Shown here: positions 9,801-17,577 of the stretch, piece after piece | How positions within the stretch are numbered: position 1 is the first letter of the stretch | Layout: each line of letters begins with the position of its first letter | Origin: Candidatus Heimdallarchaeota archaeon | GTDB lineage: Archaea; Asgardarchaeota; Heimdallarchaeia; JABLTI01 | Assembly (NCBI GenBank): GCA_030614005.1 | Contig: JAUWKS010000002.1 | Span: 137,888-169,887, forward strand | Direction: 5' to 3' | Length of the DNA stretch: 32,000 nucleotides | Position numbers and translations under genes: made by a program | The notes under the pieces: model-generated | What the model saw: the letters and a program-made list of their open reading frames with translations, nothing else | Databases searched by the model: none | Told to the model about the DNA's origin: nothing

Positions 9801-10985
9801 GAATTAGATCCGTTGTTTCACAGGATGGGCATGGATCCTGCAATGTTAGGTCCAGGTTTGTTTCATAGACGAAAAACAAAATCTGATATTGACCAGCTAG
9901 GTTTTTACTTCGACTTAATAGAAGCTGTGCGAGTTCTAGTGCTTGTAACTATTGTTAAAGCTATTCGAGATGGCACCCTCGGTTTTGATGATTGTAAATA
10001 CGTACTAGGTGAGGATGGACAAGAGATCTATCAAGTGAAAGGTTCTTCCCTGGATAAATTCACCAATCTGGTTTCAGAAGCTCTTGAACAAACCGTTTCA
10101 CATCAAGGGCAAAGAATGACTTTTAAACAAGCTTTTGAATTCAATCTTTTGTGCTTAAGAGTTGCTTTTGAAAAATGTCTTTCAGAGATAGAAGAACATA
10201 AACAAATTACTTTGAAAAAAATCAAGAAGTGTTTTGATGATTCACTTTTTATTTCATTTACTTTCTGCCCTGAAGGACTAGAAGAGAAGTTAATAGATTT
10301 AAATCGATTTGCAAGTAAAGAAGGAGTAATTTTCTTTGGAAAAGAACAAGAAGTTTTGGAACGAAAAGAAACAAGAGAAAAATATAGAAAAGAAGTAAAG
10401 AGTCATTGGTACAACGAAAATGTGATTAAAAAGCTAAATGCTTTTCGGTTGACCAAACATCAAATTAAAGAGCAAGATAGAAGTTTGCTTGTTATTTTGT
10501 TGTTATTGTACAATACTTTTGAAAGAGATTTTACAATTGATGAATACTCAACTAATCATTTTAAGGAATTACTTGGAATAACTCAAAACCAAGTACAGAG
10601 ATTACTTGATCAAATGGTTTCCAGTGGATTGCTTCTTCGAGAGAAAGTAAATAGAAAGAATTTCTACGAGTTAAATCTTAAAAATCTAAATGTTAAGGAC
10701 TTTCGTTTTCTTCTTGGAGTAAATCTCTCTTTAGAGGAACATCTTCAAAGAGAGTTTATCATCAATATTCCTCCTCATTTAGAGCGAGTTGAAAAGATTA
10801 TTTCTCAAATCAAATTGCTTCCTACTAATCAACAAAAAGTCATAAGAAGTAATTTTTGGTTTGATTGGGAACCAACAGAAATTATTCGAAGAGTAATTGT
10901 TTGGGCAGAAGAGAAAGCTGTAACTAGTAAAGCATTTTTCAAAATGATAGGTGATATTCATGGTAAAAAGCAGTTACATTTTTAA
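6807..10985 (+). CDS. cas1: Giant multidomain Cas1-like integrase (casposase-like): degenerate SF2-helicase-like domain, Zn fingers, Cas1, wHTH; 1392 aa
   Basis: Cas1 beta-domain pattern from ~aa 763 (RVFVIHD...IALDLVQFVYFSG). Helical domain with LEA (E936), SPLDALLNQM, MGMDPAMLGPGLFH (H1020), LGFYFDLIEAVR (D1036/E1039). wHTH ~aa 1245-1291. N-terminal VIIVTNNR, FILTTYSSF, ILDEAH (D205). Cys motifs CGNC (597), CLSC (691), CPNC (716). Confidence 0.8.
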   Translation: MSKAVSSTKKLPLCLSMGVTEVLEGRESITGKDLLDYFSLQDKTSFLTNTKNFVLVCGNKQRPNDYEPNKFLGSFGVRRALAMKNYTRLPVIIVTNNRFETSMLIEQFNKLTSCFKLYTSKKSQRENINEEIKADYPNEADFILTTYSSFWDQTTNKDDPSSEQIILINPLRLKYIIEDVGKLDVIFGCIHRHKRIRPNYSFILDEAHYPILSKKDYQFLFKAGNSLFFRCKERMLLEYNNPFREAISHLTSDQFQLFIFTDLFRGRKLIKELVKEFKSTFTYKMYLYSNGIFPTIDEKLPSKELLKEKNRLDKKVLSGIVKQIHLFTKGSNTKTITGKVTYSDFDFNVGLSKQEISRTYSWDKPKEAARFLPVVTKEEGRFKLSALGEEIFGVSSWFSGVEDNFSELLAHFSRILYKNKKENHKFSVKEIIIFYLQMIDCNYETVKRFEEAIPEKLDTEKKNDQMIAILEKKFKPLVKNFKRVSAKKILGAFEKLMNTEAYIFYQQFKNYKKEEKRSWEERRRKAVLRKANYQPLAVKFTGDYYHMFWQDAKKLLEELVEEGRLVRIISYNGRGKPILKYLTQELLDANPHFQKNCGNCQWYNQRFKTCTFLRLKQAKNPSTMTKEEFEYANDTLRFEATACEKYIEKDDFQSMEGNVKFTATVEKLTKDMKNISMSFLSGDIAEYKYHCLSCQEQIEEFGTGDRIFFPRRRIICPNCSTVYLQLKDRKKVKVKMEERDHQRSLYFKETGTITDVLRKKDSARVFVIHDIDSARLRINEENDEPPYFLVIGKNEIALDLVQFVYFSGIRHQELEETMWLLADLDSERYKYKIKRTEQKSKKKKAKSRYKRPFSAEDYSNIIKIIKKSSDKEIFNHQFLEARLISNIAGMLSIKYEIEMESFSDWHYNHQLLEMVDLHMKVIGGEVKSSYYGTQLEALSNKHFFDFLKGEAARVGLWSKGRVNSRLVIDMLKSFSQKVSSAFSPLDALLNQMLRSFRVELDPLFHRMGMDPAMLGPGLFHRRKTKSDIDQLGFYFDLIEAVRVLVLVTIVKAIRDGTLGFDDCKYVLGEDGQEIYQVKGSSLDKFTNLVSEALEQTVSHQGQRMTFKQAFEFNLLCLRVAFEKCLSEIEEHKQITLKKIKKCFDDSLFISFTFCPEGLEEKLIDLNRFASKEGVIFFGKEQEVLERKETREKYRKEVKSHWYNENVIKKLNAFRLTKHQIKEQDRSLLVILLLLYNTFERDFTIDEYSTNHFKELLGITQNQVQRLLDQMVSSGLLLREKVNRKNFYELNLKNLNVKDFRFLLGVNLSLEEHLQREFIINIPPHLERVEKIISQIKLLPTNQQKVIRSNFWFDWEPTEIIRRVIVWAEEKAVTSKAFFKMIGDIHGKKQLHF

Positions 10986-13900
10986 CAAGAAAGAAATCTT
11001 CCCGATTAATCCTGGTAAACCCCGAAAATGGATCACTATTCATAACCTTCCTGCTACTGAACCAAGGAAAATAACTGGTCTCACATGGCAAGAAGTACTA
11101 CCTGGTTATGCTCAAGCTTTAGCAGAAGTGATCGAAGAAATAACTGGTAGTAAGAACCCCTATGAGCACCAAGAACAAGCAATAAAGCATTTATTGAATA
11201 ATTCTGCTAATAAGAAATGCCTGGACCTCATAATTAAAGGTGGAACTTATTCAGGAAAATCACTATCTTTCATCGTTCCTGGTATCATCAAGCAAATAAA
11301 TGAGGAAACGGATTTTACAGTCATTTTTTACCCTTCGAAACAATTACTCCTAGACCAATTTGAAAGAGTGAAAGAGTATTTGGTGAAATTCGAGGAAAAA
11401 ACAGGCATCAGATTAATTTGTGAAAAGTACAGTGGAGATACTGGAAATACTAATTACTCTAAAGGGGTAGCTCGTGTAAATGATCAAGAGCTGAATAATT
11501 TAGAACAGAACCCGCCGAATGTCTTGCTTGCCACTTTTGACAAATTTTGGCATCATTATGAGAGTGGGAACAGCAGTCCGTTAATAAAGAAAATAGCATC
11601 TGCAAATTATCTTGTTTTTGATGAGATACATGCATTTGACGGTTACGCTGCAGGTAACATTAAGGGCTTTATTGCTATTCACAAGAAAGCTAATCCTCAG
11701 GGGCAATTTATACTTTCCTCTGCTACTATAGCTAATGTTGAAGGATTCAGAGACGATTTCTTGCCTAATGCTAAAATAATTACTTGCCCACCAGTGAGAG
11801 GAGAACAAGTGTATGTTGGCACAACAATTGAACACACAGTTTCACTGCTTGCAGATTTCTGGAAAGAAATGGAAAAAATGCCAGGAAAAACCGGTCTTGT
11901 TTTCCTTGATTCGAAAGAAAACATCGAATTATTAACAGACCTACTCTGTAGGAAACTCAAGCAGGATGACCCTTTCTTTGATCCTGACACTGTGCAGATG
12001 ATCCACGCAGATTTGGAATATTATCATCGTAAAAGAGTGCAAGATGAGCTTCGAAAAGGAAATAGAAATATTATTAGAATTCTCATCTCTTCCTCAGTCT
12101 TGGAGCTTGGTGTAAATATCCCTAACATTCAAACAGTATTTAATATTGGCATTCCGATAACACAGAAAGATGGTATTATTCAAAGGATGGCTCGCAATCG
12201 CTCTGTTCCCGGTGAAAGAAGAACGAATGTTTTTCTGTTCGACCTTTCTAAGAAACGTGACAGTTTTTACTGGAACAATAAGGAAATCCTCAAGGACATT
12301 CTTGAAACGAATGCTTGTAACCCTATTCTTTATCCCAAACTTAACCCGAAGATATTGGCGGGGCAAATTATCTTGCACCTTAGATACGGTATTAATGACT
12401 TTGGAGAGATAATGCAATTCTTCCTTGATCAAGGACCACAAGTTTATCGCTTAGCAAGACAACAATACACTAAACTTGTTAGTTTAAATGTCCTGAAAAA
12501 AAGCAGCGATGGTAAAGTTCTCTTCACAAGCCAAGGAGAAAAAAAGCTAAAAGTGCAAGCAAAAAAGAAAAATCATCTTGTTCCGTTCTCCATACGAGCT
12601 ATTAAAAATAATTGGTCTATTAAGAAAAAATTTGGAGAAAGTTCTTACTGGCATGAAAATAGAAAATCTAGTCTTGGTAAGATCTCTACCAAGGATGTTT
12701 TAAAGAAAGGATTGCCTGACAATATTATTACTCGTAACAAAAAACAGTATCTTGTTACGGATAAAGATCAGCAATTAAGAACTATTTACGTTAAAGAATT
12801 ACTTTCTAAAGAAAAAAGTGCTGGAAATTTTTCCGGAATAACTAATCGTTTACTTGACCCTCAGATAACTCCTGGTGTTTTCTCTAAGAAAGTTAAAGGA
12901 ACAAAAATAGTTGACATTAGTTTTGGTCAAGTTTCAATTAAGCAACAACCTTTAGCTATTGTTAACTCTAATCCCGAAAAAATTAGTTCTAATAATACTC
13001 ATGTAAAGGATAACAAGAACTTTTTTTGGCAAGAATTAACCCCAAAACGCTCGGAAGAATTGGCTAATACTGAAAAGTCAGATGGATTAGCCATTACATT
13101 AACTTCTGATATTCCAAAACCAAAAGAACTTACAACTAAGAAATTACTAGAATATTTTGGGCGCGTCCTACAAGTTGAGATTGAAACCGTTCTTTCAATT
13201 CCAGGTAGTGAATTCGCACTTGCGATTAATACTAATCAATTAGCAATTTATGATAAAGGAGACCCAAATGGAAACTCAGAGTATTTGTTTAGTCATTTAC
13301 AAAAAGTCGCTGCTCGAACGCTCAAAAGATTGACAGATTGTTCTTGTGAAAATGGTTGCAAAAATTGTTATGGTGAAATTCTTGGCTTATTTCCTAAAGG
13401 AGTAAAAGAATCACTAAAAATACTTTTCAAGGATTTAACGCTGATTTCTGAAGTGGAGTTTGATGATGAATTGTTGCATGAAATCAATCCTGAGCAAATG
13501 AATTTCAAAGAAAACAGAATTATTGCTTTTTCAGATATTCATCTTACAAACAAGCTTTGTTTCCAGGAAGAATTTTTCGAAGCGCTCAAAGAGCAGAGTA
13601 AACAAGCTGATATTATCATCATCAATGGTGATTTATTAGATACTATTTCAGAAGATAGTTATCAGGCTTTTAGTGAATTCAAAAGCATGGCTATACGTGA
13701 AGGTTTTTGGTCGAAACTAGTTCTGATACGCAGTTCTTCTATTCATGACGGCAATCTTGAGCAATTCACAGGTTTCCTCCATCAAGATTATGTTGAAGTT
13801 GAGATCGGTTCTGAACAAGTATTATTCGTCCACGGAAATAGGATCGGCATAAATCCTAGTTTAGTAGATAAAACAAGTATAGGAAAAGCTGTCTTTGAAG

Positions 13901-14127
13901 CAAAAAAGGCTTTAATAAAGCCGGGCAAGATTTGGCTTCCTGTTATTCTCCCTGAAACTCATCTTGTTATTGGCCATGTTCATCTCCGATTTTATAATGA
14001 ACGCTTTCGAGTTTATGGTTCTGGTCACTGGACAAAAAAAGGTGACCCTTACAATCAACGATGCATGATAATTCTTGACCCTAATTCTTTAGATGTGCCA
14101 AAAATCGTTTCATTTGATAACTATTAG
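10951..14127 (+). CDS. DEAD/DEAH-box (YprA/Hrq1/SftH-like) helicase + DUF1998 Zn domain + calcineurin-like metallophosphoesterase
   Basis: Q motif PYEHQEQA, Walker A GGTYSGKS, YPSKQLLLDQ, DEIH, SAT, SSVLELGVNI. DUF1998-type IYD..PNG...CSCENGCKNC. C-terminal SDIH, NGDLLD, FVHG, GHVH. Likely start is ATG 10960 after a GGTGA RBS, overlapping the cas1 stop. Confidence 0.88.
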   Translation: MIFMVKSSYIFNKKEIFPINPGKPRKWITIHNLPATEPRKITGLTWQEVLPGYAQALAEVIEEITGSKNPYEHQEQAIKHLLNNSANKKCLDLIIKGGTYSGKSLSFIVPGIIKQINEETDFTVIFYPSKQLLLDQFERVKEYLVKFEEKTGIRLICEKYSGDTGNTNYSKGVARVNDQELNNLEQNPPNVLLATFDKFWHHYESGNSSPLIKKIASANYLVFDEIHAFDGYAAGNIKGFIAIHKKANPQGQFILSSATIANVEGFRDDFLPNAKIITCPPVRGEQVYVGTTIEHTVSLLADFWKEMEKMPGKTGLVFLDSKENIELLTDLLCRKLKQDDPFFDPDTVQMIHADLEYYHRKRVQDELRKGNRNIIRILISSSVLELGVNIPNIQTVFNIGIPITQKDGIIQRMARNRSVPGERRTNVFLFDLSKKRDSFYWNNKEILKDILETNACNPILYPKLNPKILAGQIILHLRYGINDFGEIMQFFLDQGPQVYRLARQQYTKLVSLNVLKKSSDGKVLFTSQGEKKLKVQAKKKNHLVPFSIRAIKNNWSIKKKFGESSYWHENRKSSLGKISTKDVLKKGLPDNIITRNKKQYLVTDKDQQLRTIYVKELLSKEKSAGNFSGITNRLLDPQITPGVFSKKVKGTKIVDISFGQVSIKQQPLAIVNSNPEKISSNNTHVKDNKNFFWQELTPKRSEELANTEKSDGLAITLTSDIPKPKELTTKKLLEYFGRVLQVEIETVLSIPGSEFALAINTNQLAIYDKGDPNGNSEYLFSHLQKVAARTLKRLTDCSCENGCKNCYGEILGLFPKGVKESLKILFKDLTLISEVEFDDELLHEINPEQMNFKENRIIAFSDIHLTNKLCFQEEFFEALKEQSKQADIIIINGDLLDTISEDSYQAFSEFKSMAIREGFWSKLVLIRSSSIHDGNLEQFTGFLHQDYVEVEIGSEQVLFVHGNRIGINPSLVDKTSIGKAVFEAKKALIKPGKIWLPVILPETHLVIGHVHLRFYNERFRVYGSGHWTKKGDPYNQRCMIILDPNSLDVPKIVSFDNY

Positions 14128-14150
14128 TAACTTTTTTTCACATTTATCTT

Positions 14151-14168
14151 ATGTCCTATTTGTCCATA
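14151..14168 (+). repeat. Right terminal inverted repeat ATGTCCTATTTGTCCATA
   Basis: Exact reverse complement of 3028-3045. Confidence 0.9.
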
Positions 14169-14319
14169 TTTTGTGGCAACAGTTGACACCCTTAATTATA
14201 TCACTTGTTTTCAGAACAGAATAATTTCTTCGTTCCATACCTGTTAATTTCAAGCCGGTTAGAAAAGCAATTAACCCTAGAGTAGGTCCGATGAACACAA
14301 TAATAGCTATTACATTCAT
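14169..14319 (-). pseudogene. 5' half of the host membrane-protein gene interrupted by the element
   Basis: MNVIAIIVFIGPTLGLIAFLTGLK...KGVNCCHK (ATG 14319, N-terminal TM helix) reads into the TIR (IWTNRT) and stops at 14149, just inside the element. Confidence 0.72.
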
Positions 14320-14434
14320 AGTTTCCACGACAAAACTCAACTCTGTAGTGATTAGGATGTTATTTCTACTATTTGAATTATGCCACAAATTACTTGCAGT
14401 CTATATTTGCTATTTTTGACTTTATTCAGTTACT

Positions 14435-15301
14435 ATGATAACATTATTCAAATGGATAAAGGAAATTATTACTATGCCAACGATAGCAATTAGTGATATT
14501 GATATTTATTATGAGATTCTTGGAAAAGGTCCCTCATTGCTTTTTATTCATGGTGGATGGGTTAGTCGAAAGATGTGGACCCCCCAAGTGAAACATTTTT
14601 CAGCTAATTATCAAGTTATTACTTGCGATATTAGGGGTCATGGACGTACTGGTGGTTCTTTAAAGAAGAGATATTCAATGGAACTCTTTGCTTCTGATAT
14701 TGTAGAGATGTTAGAGAAGCTTCAAATAAATGAACCAATTATCGTTGGACTTTCAATGGGTGGAATGGTTGCTCAGGTTTTAGCTACAAAATATTCCGAT
14801 TATCCCATCAAAGCACTAATTTTATCTGATACTGCTATTTCCTCGGAACTTACCTTCAATGACAAATTAATAAAATATCTTTTCGCTCCAAAATGGTTGT
14901 TCTTATTAATAGTGCGATTATTAGGAGTGAAAAGATATGCCAACTTTGCTTTCTGGTTTGCAAAAAAATCTCGCGGTGAGAAGTGGGTTGGCGAAGATGA
15001 AAGTATTATTGACTATGAAAAAGAAGAGATGAATAGATTTGACGTTAAAGAATTTAACAAGATATTTAGTGCTATCTATGATTATAAAATTCAAGATCTT
15101 TCAAAAGTCAAGGTTCCCACTTTACTAATTAATGGTGAATTTGAATCGAAATCTGTTTTTCAACATGCTAATAAAATGAACGAATTAATAGAACATTCCA
15201 CTATGAAAATAATTGCTAATGCAGGTCATACCTCAAATATGGAAAATCCTGATGAATTTAACAGAGTTTTAGCTGAATTTCTTCTTAAGAATAAATTATG
15301 A
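14435..15301 (+). CDS. Alpha/beta-fold hydrolase (abhydrolase_1, enol-lactonase/esterase-like)
   Basis: LLFIHG, DIRGHGRT, nucleophile elbow GLSMGG, C-terminal AGHTSNME. Probable start is ATG 14474 (MPTI). Confidence 0.9.
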   Translation: MITLFKWIKEIITMPTIAISDIDIYYEILGKGPSLLFIHGGWVSRKMWTPQVKHFSANYQVITCDIRGHGRTGGSLKKRYSMELFASDIVEMLEKLQINEPIIVGLSMGGMVAQVLATKYSDYPIKALILSDTAISSELTFNDKLIKYLFAPKWLFLLIVRLLGVKRYANFAFWFAKKSRGEKWVGEDESIIDYEKEEMNRFDVKEFNKIFSAIYDYKIQDLSKVKVPTLLINGEFESKSVFQHANKMNELIEHSTMKIIANAGHTSNMENPDEFNRVLAEFLLKNKL

Positions 15302-15306
15302 AAATC

Positions 15307-15693
15307 TCAACCATGAAAAAGATCATCAGTTGTGTCAAAATTTTGTTGTTGTTCGTCTTCTTCTTGCTCCTTTCTTTTGTTATTAGCAATATAACCATAG
15401 ATACTATTTGATAGGAATATTAGTGTAATTGAGCAAGCAAAAACACTTACAATAATTGAACCAGCATGGGGCACATCATCTAGAAAAAGCATTATTACGC
15501 ATGCTATTGCTATGATAAGAAACACTATAGAAACAACCAGTAGTTTATTCCTTTCACCTATTGCATTACATTTGAAAGAACAATAATATGGTGGATCGTT
15601 ACGTCTATATCGTGTTCCACTATGAAAACTACTTATCGGTGATTTCCCACAAATCTTACAAACCTCTTCTTTGTCAGAATAACCCAATACCAA
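15307..15693 (-). CDS. Small Zn-finger membrane protein
   Basis: CKIC...YCSFKC followed by two hydrophobic helices and an acidic tail. Confidence 0.7.
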   Translation of the reverse strand: MVLGYSDKEEVCKICGKSPISSFHSGTRYRRNDPPYYCSFKCNAIGERNKLLVVSIVFLIIAIACVIMLFLDDVPHAGSIIVSVFACSITLIFLSNSIYGYIANNKRKEQEEDEQQQNFDTTDDLFHG

Positions 15694-15809
15694 TTTTCTC
15701 CTTTGAAATATTTCATCTATAAATATTTAATACTAAAAAATAGAAATCTTGGATATGTTTCTATTAGTTAATTTTTAGATTTACTTTTTCATTCTAGAAA
15801 AAAGAAAAA

Positions 15810-16613
15810 TTATTCTTGCGTACTAAATTTTTTGTGCTTGTCAGTATCAATTATTTTTTGTGTTACTAAACGGAATTTAATTGAAGTTTCTATAAGAAAA
15901 GCGAGAAAAACTGCAGCTAAAACAATATGAATAATAAACAATACTAGAAACATTGGTTCAGTGTTAGCATTTAATACAAAACCGTTACCTATAATACATT
16001 GTTCAATTATTAGTGCATCTGAATTATAGAAAATGAATTTTAGCAAAATTATTGGATAAGAAAAGAATCCAGTAAACAATCTTCGATTCTTATAGCTAAA
16101 ATTACCAACCATTTTTGTATGAATTATTGATATTGCATAGAAAGAATATCCGATGAAAATATATCTAACAAAATAGACTATTTCGAAAACAATGTATGAT
16201 GATTTCACTAGTGAATCAGTAACATCCCAATTGCTACTAGTATATATAAAGAACACTAGGAGGAAAATAGCTATTATTATATCGATAATTATTGCTATTA
16301 ACTGACCAATAACTAAATTTCTAAAACCGTTTTTGACATTATCATCATTTATTTTTGTTCCAAATCTTTTCATTATACTTAAAACAATAGCCAATGAGGT
16401 TATACTCCCACCCAAGAAAATTACTAAACTTATAGCATTATTGAGCGAAAAAATCATCACACTATATAAAATAAAACTTGTAATTATCACTGAACTACAA
16501 GATTTCAAAAGATTATAAGCAACATAAGGTTGATTGCCGAAATGCGAAATTGTATAATTAGAATAAGCTTCAGACATTATTTCTCTAAATCCACTAATAA
16601 TAATTGTATACAA
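15810..16613 (-). CDS. Polytopic membrane protein of unknown function
   Basis: 267 aa with roughly 6-7 hydrophobic segments. Confidence 0.7.
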   Translation of the reverse strand: MYTIIISGFREIMSEAYSNYTISHFGNQPYVAYNLLKSCSSVIITSFILYSVMIFSLNNAISLVIFLGGSITSLAIVLSIMKRFGTKINDDNVKNGFRNLVIGQLIAIIIDIIIAIFLLVFFIYTSSNWDVTDSLVKSSYIVFEIVYFVRYIFIGYSFYAISIIHTKMVGNFSYKNRRLFTGFFSYPIILLKFIFYNSDALIIEQCIIGNGFVLNANTEPMFLVLFIIHIVLAAVFLAFLIETSIKFRLVTQKIIDTDKHKKFSTQE

Positions 16614-16809
16614 CCTAGTATTTAAAGCGAATCATTTGAATCCCAGTTTTTATTGAAGAATCATTTTCGACACTTGATTGCGCTTCCCTAGGTTTTCATT
16701 TGTAAAAAAAATTAATAGCATTTCTTTAATAGAAAAATAATTTATTATTGGAAGATCTATTATTTATATTCCAATAATGAACTTTTTTTTCAAACTAAAA
16801 TCTCTGTGT

Positions 16810-17532
16810 TTATGGTTGCAACCTTCTTTTTAGATCCTTATTTCTTGTAACACGAAAATGTAGATAGAGTAAGAATCCTCCAGATAGAACCGCAGGCACT
16901 AGAACATATAACGACCACCCTAATTTGAGAACACTAAAGAGATAATTTGTAACACATACATCAACTATTAGGCAAATTATACTTGTTCCAAATAAGATAA
17001 AAGCTGGTATATTCAATCCTTTATTTTTTGATTTCAAAGTTCCAAATGCAATTATGAAGCTTGCTACTCCAATAGAGGCAATTATTGGCAAGGCTACTCT
17101 AACATACCAATTTAAGGTTCCATTATCTATTAGATCAATAACTAAAAAGTAGACTAATAATGGAATAAATTCACCTGCTGCTAATACAACAATTTTATTT
17201 GGAAAAAGCAGTGGTGCTGAAATCATAAACCACATAAGTAACAAAGTTGCAGTTGGGTATAGTGCCCAAGTAACTGTTTGATCTATTATGAGGTTTGTTG
17301 TTATTGATATTATTAGTGGAATAACTAGTACAACGCTTGTAATTTCAAAAGCTAGCAACCGTTTCTTCTTCTTCTCTTTCGGTGGTTTTTGTTCATCCTT
17401 TGGAACATCATCCGGATATTTGCTTTTATAATCGGGTTTTTCTTCATCAAGTGGTTGTAATGTAGTATTACATAGTGGGCATTTTAGTATATTTGCTTCC
17501 ACTTCTACACCGCATCTTGGACAGTAGGTCAT
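16810..17532 (-). CDS. Zinc-ribbon + multi-TM protein (DUF6320-like)
   Basis: MTYCPRCGVEV...CPLCNT, Pro/Lys-rich linker, then about 6 TM helices. Confidence 0.8.
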   Translation of the reverse strand: MTYCPRCGVEVEANILKCPLCNTTLQPLDEEKPDYKSKYPDDVPKDEQKPPKEKKKKRLLAFEITSVVLVIPLIISITTNLIIDQTVTWALYPTATLLLMWFMISAPLLFPNKIVVLAAGEFIPLLVYFLVIDLIDNGTLNWYVRVALPIIASIGVASFIIAFGTLKSKNKGLNIPAFILFGTSIICLIVDVCVTNYLFSVLKLGWSLYVLVPAVLSGGFLLYLHFRVTRNKDLKRRLQP

Positions 17533-17577
17533 TGGACTATCACCAAATAATTTTTTATTATTATTTTGCTTCTCTGC

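Larger units (their letters stand above)
3028..14168. mobile_element. Casposon-like transposon (11,141 bp) with 18-bp TIRs, encoding a Cas1 fusion, TnpB, LAGLIDADG-HTH and a helicase-DUF1998-phosphoesterase; no PolB
   Basis: Perfect inverted repeats at 3028-3045 and 14151-14168. The flanks are two halves of one ORF. Genes are packed against both TIRs (tnpB stop abuts the left TIR; helicase stop is 23 bp from the right TIR). The Cas1 domain is the only integrase-like domain recognised inside. Confidence 0.85.

Noticed and set aside
14140-14148. 9-bp direct repeat ACATTTATC, also at 3042-3050
   Set aside because: Short and AT-rich, and inside the element rather than flanking it, so it is not a target duplication.
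3028-14168. Classical (PolB-encoding) casposon, or IS630/Tc1-type element with a TA duplication
   Set aside because: No polymerase or DDE transposase motifs recognised in any ORF. A TA-duplication junction frameshifts the split host gene (though a 1-nt homopolymer error cannot be excluded).
17533-17577. att/TIR boundary for the second cassette (TTTTATTATTA, also near 24841)
   Set aside because: The only matches are low-complexity A/T runs expected by chance.
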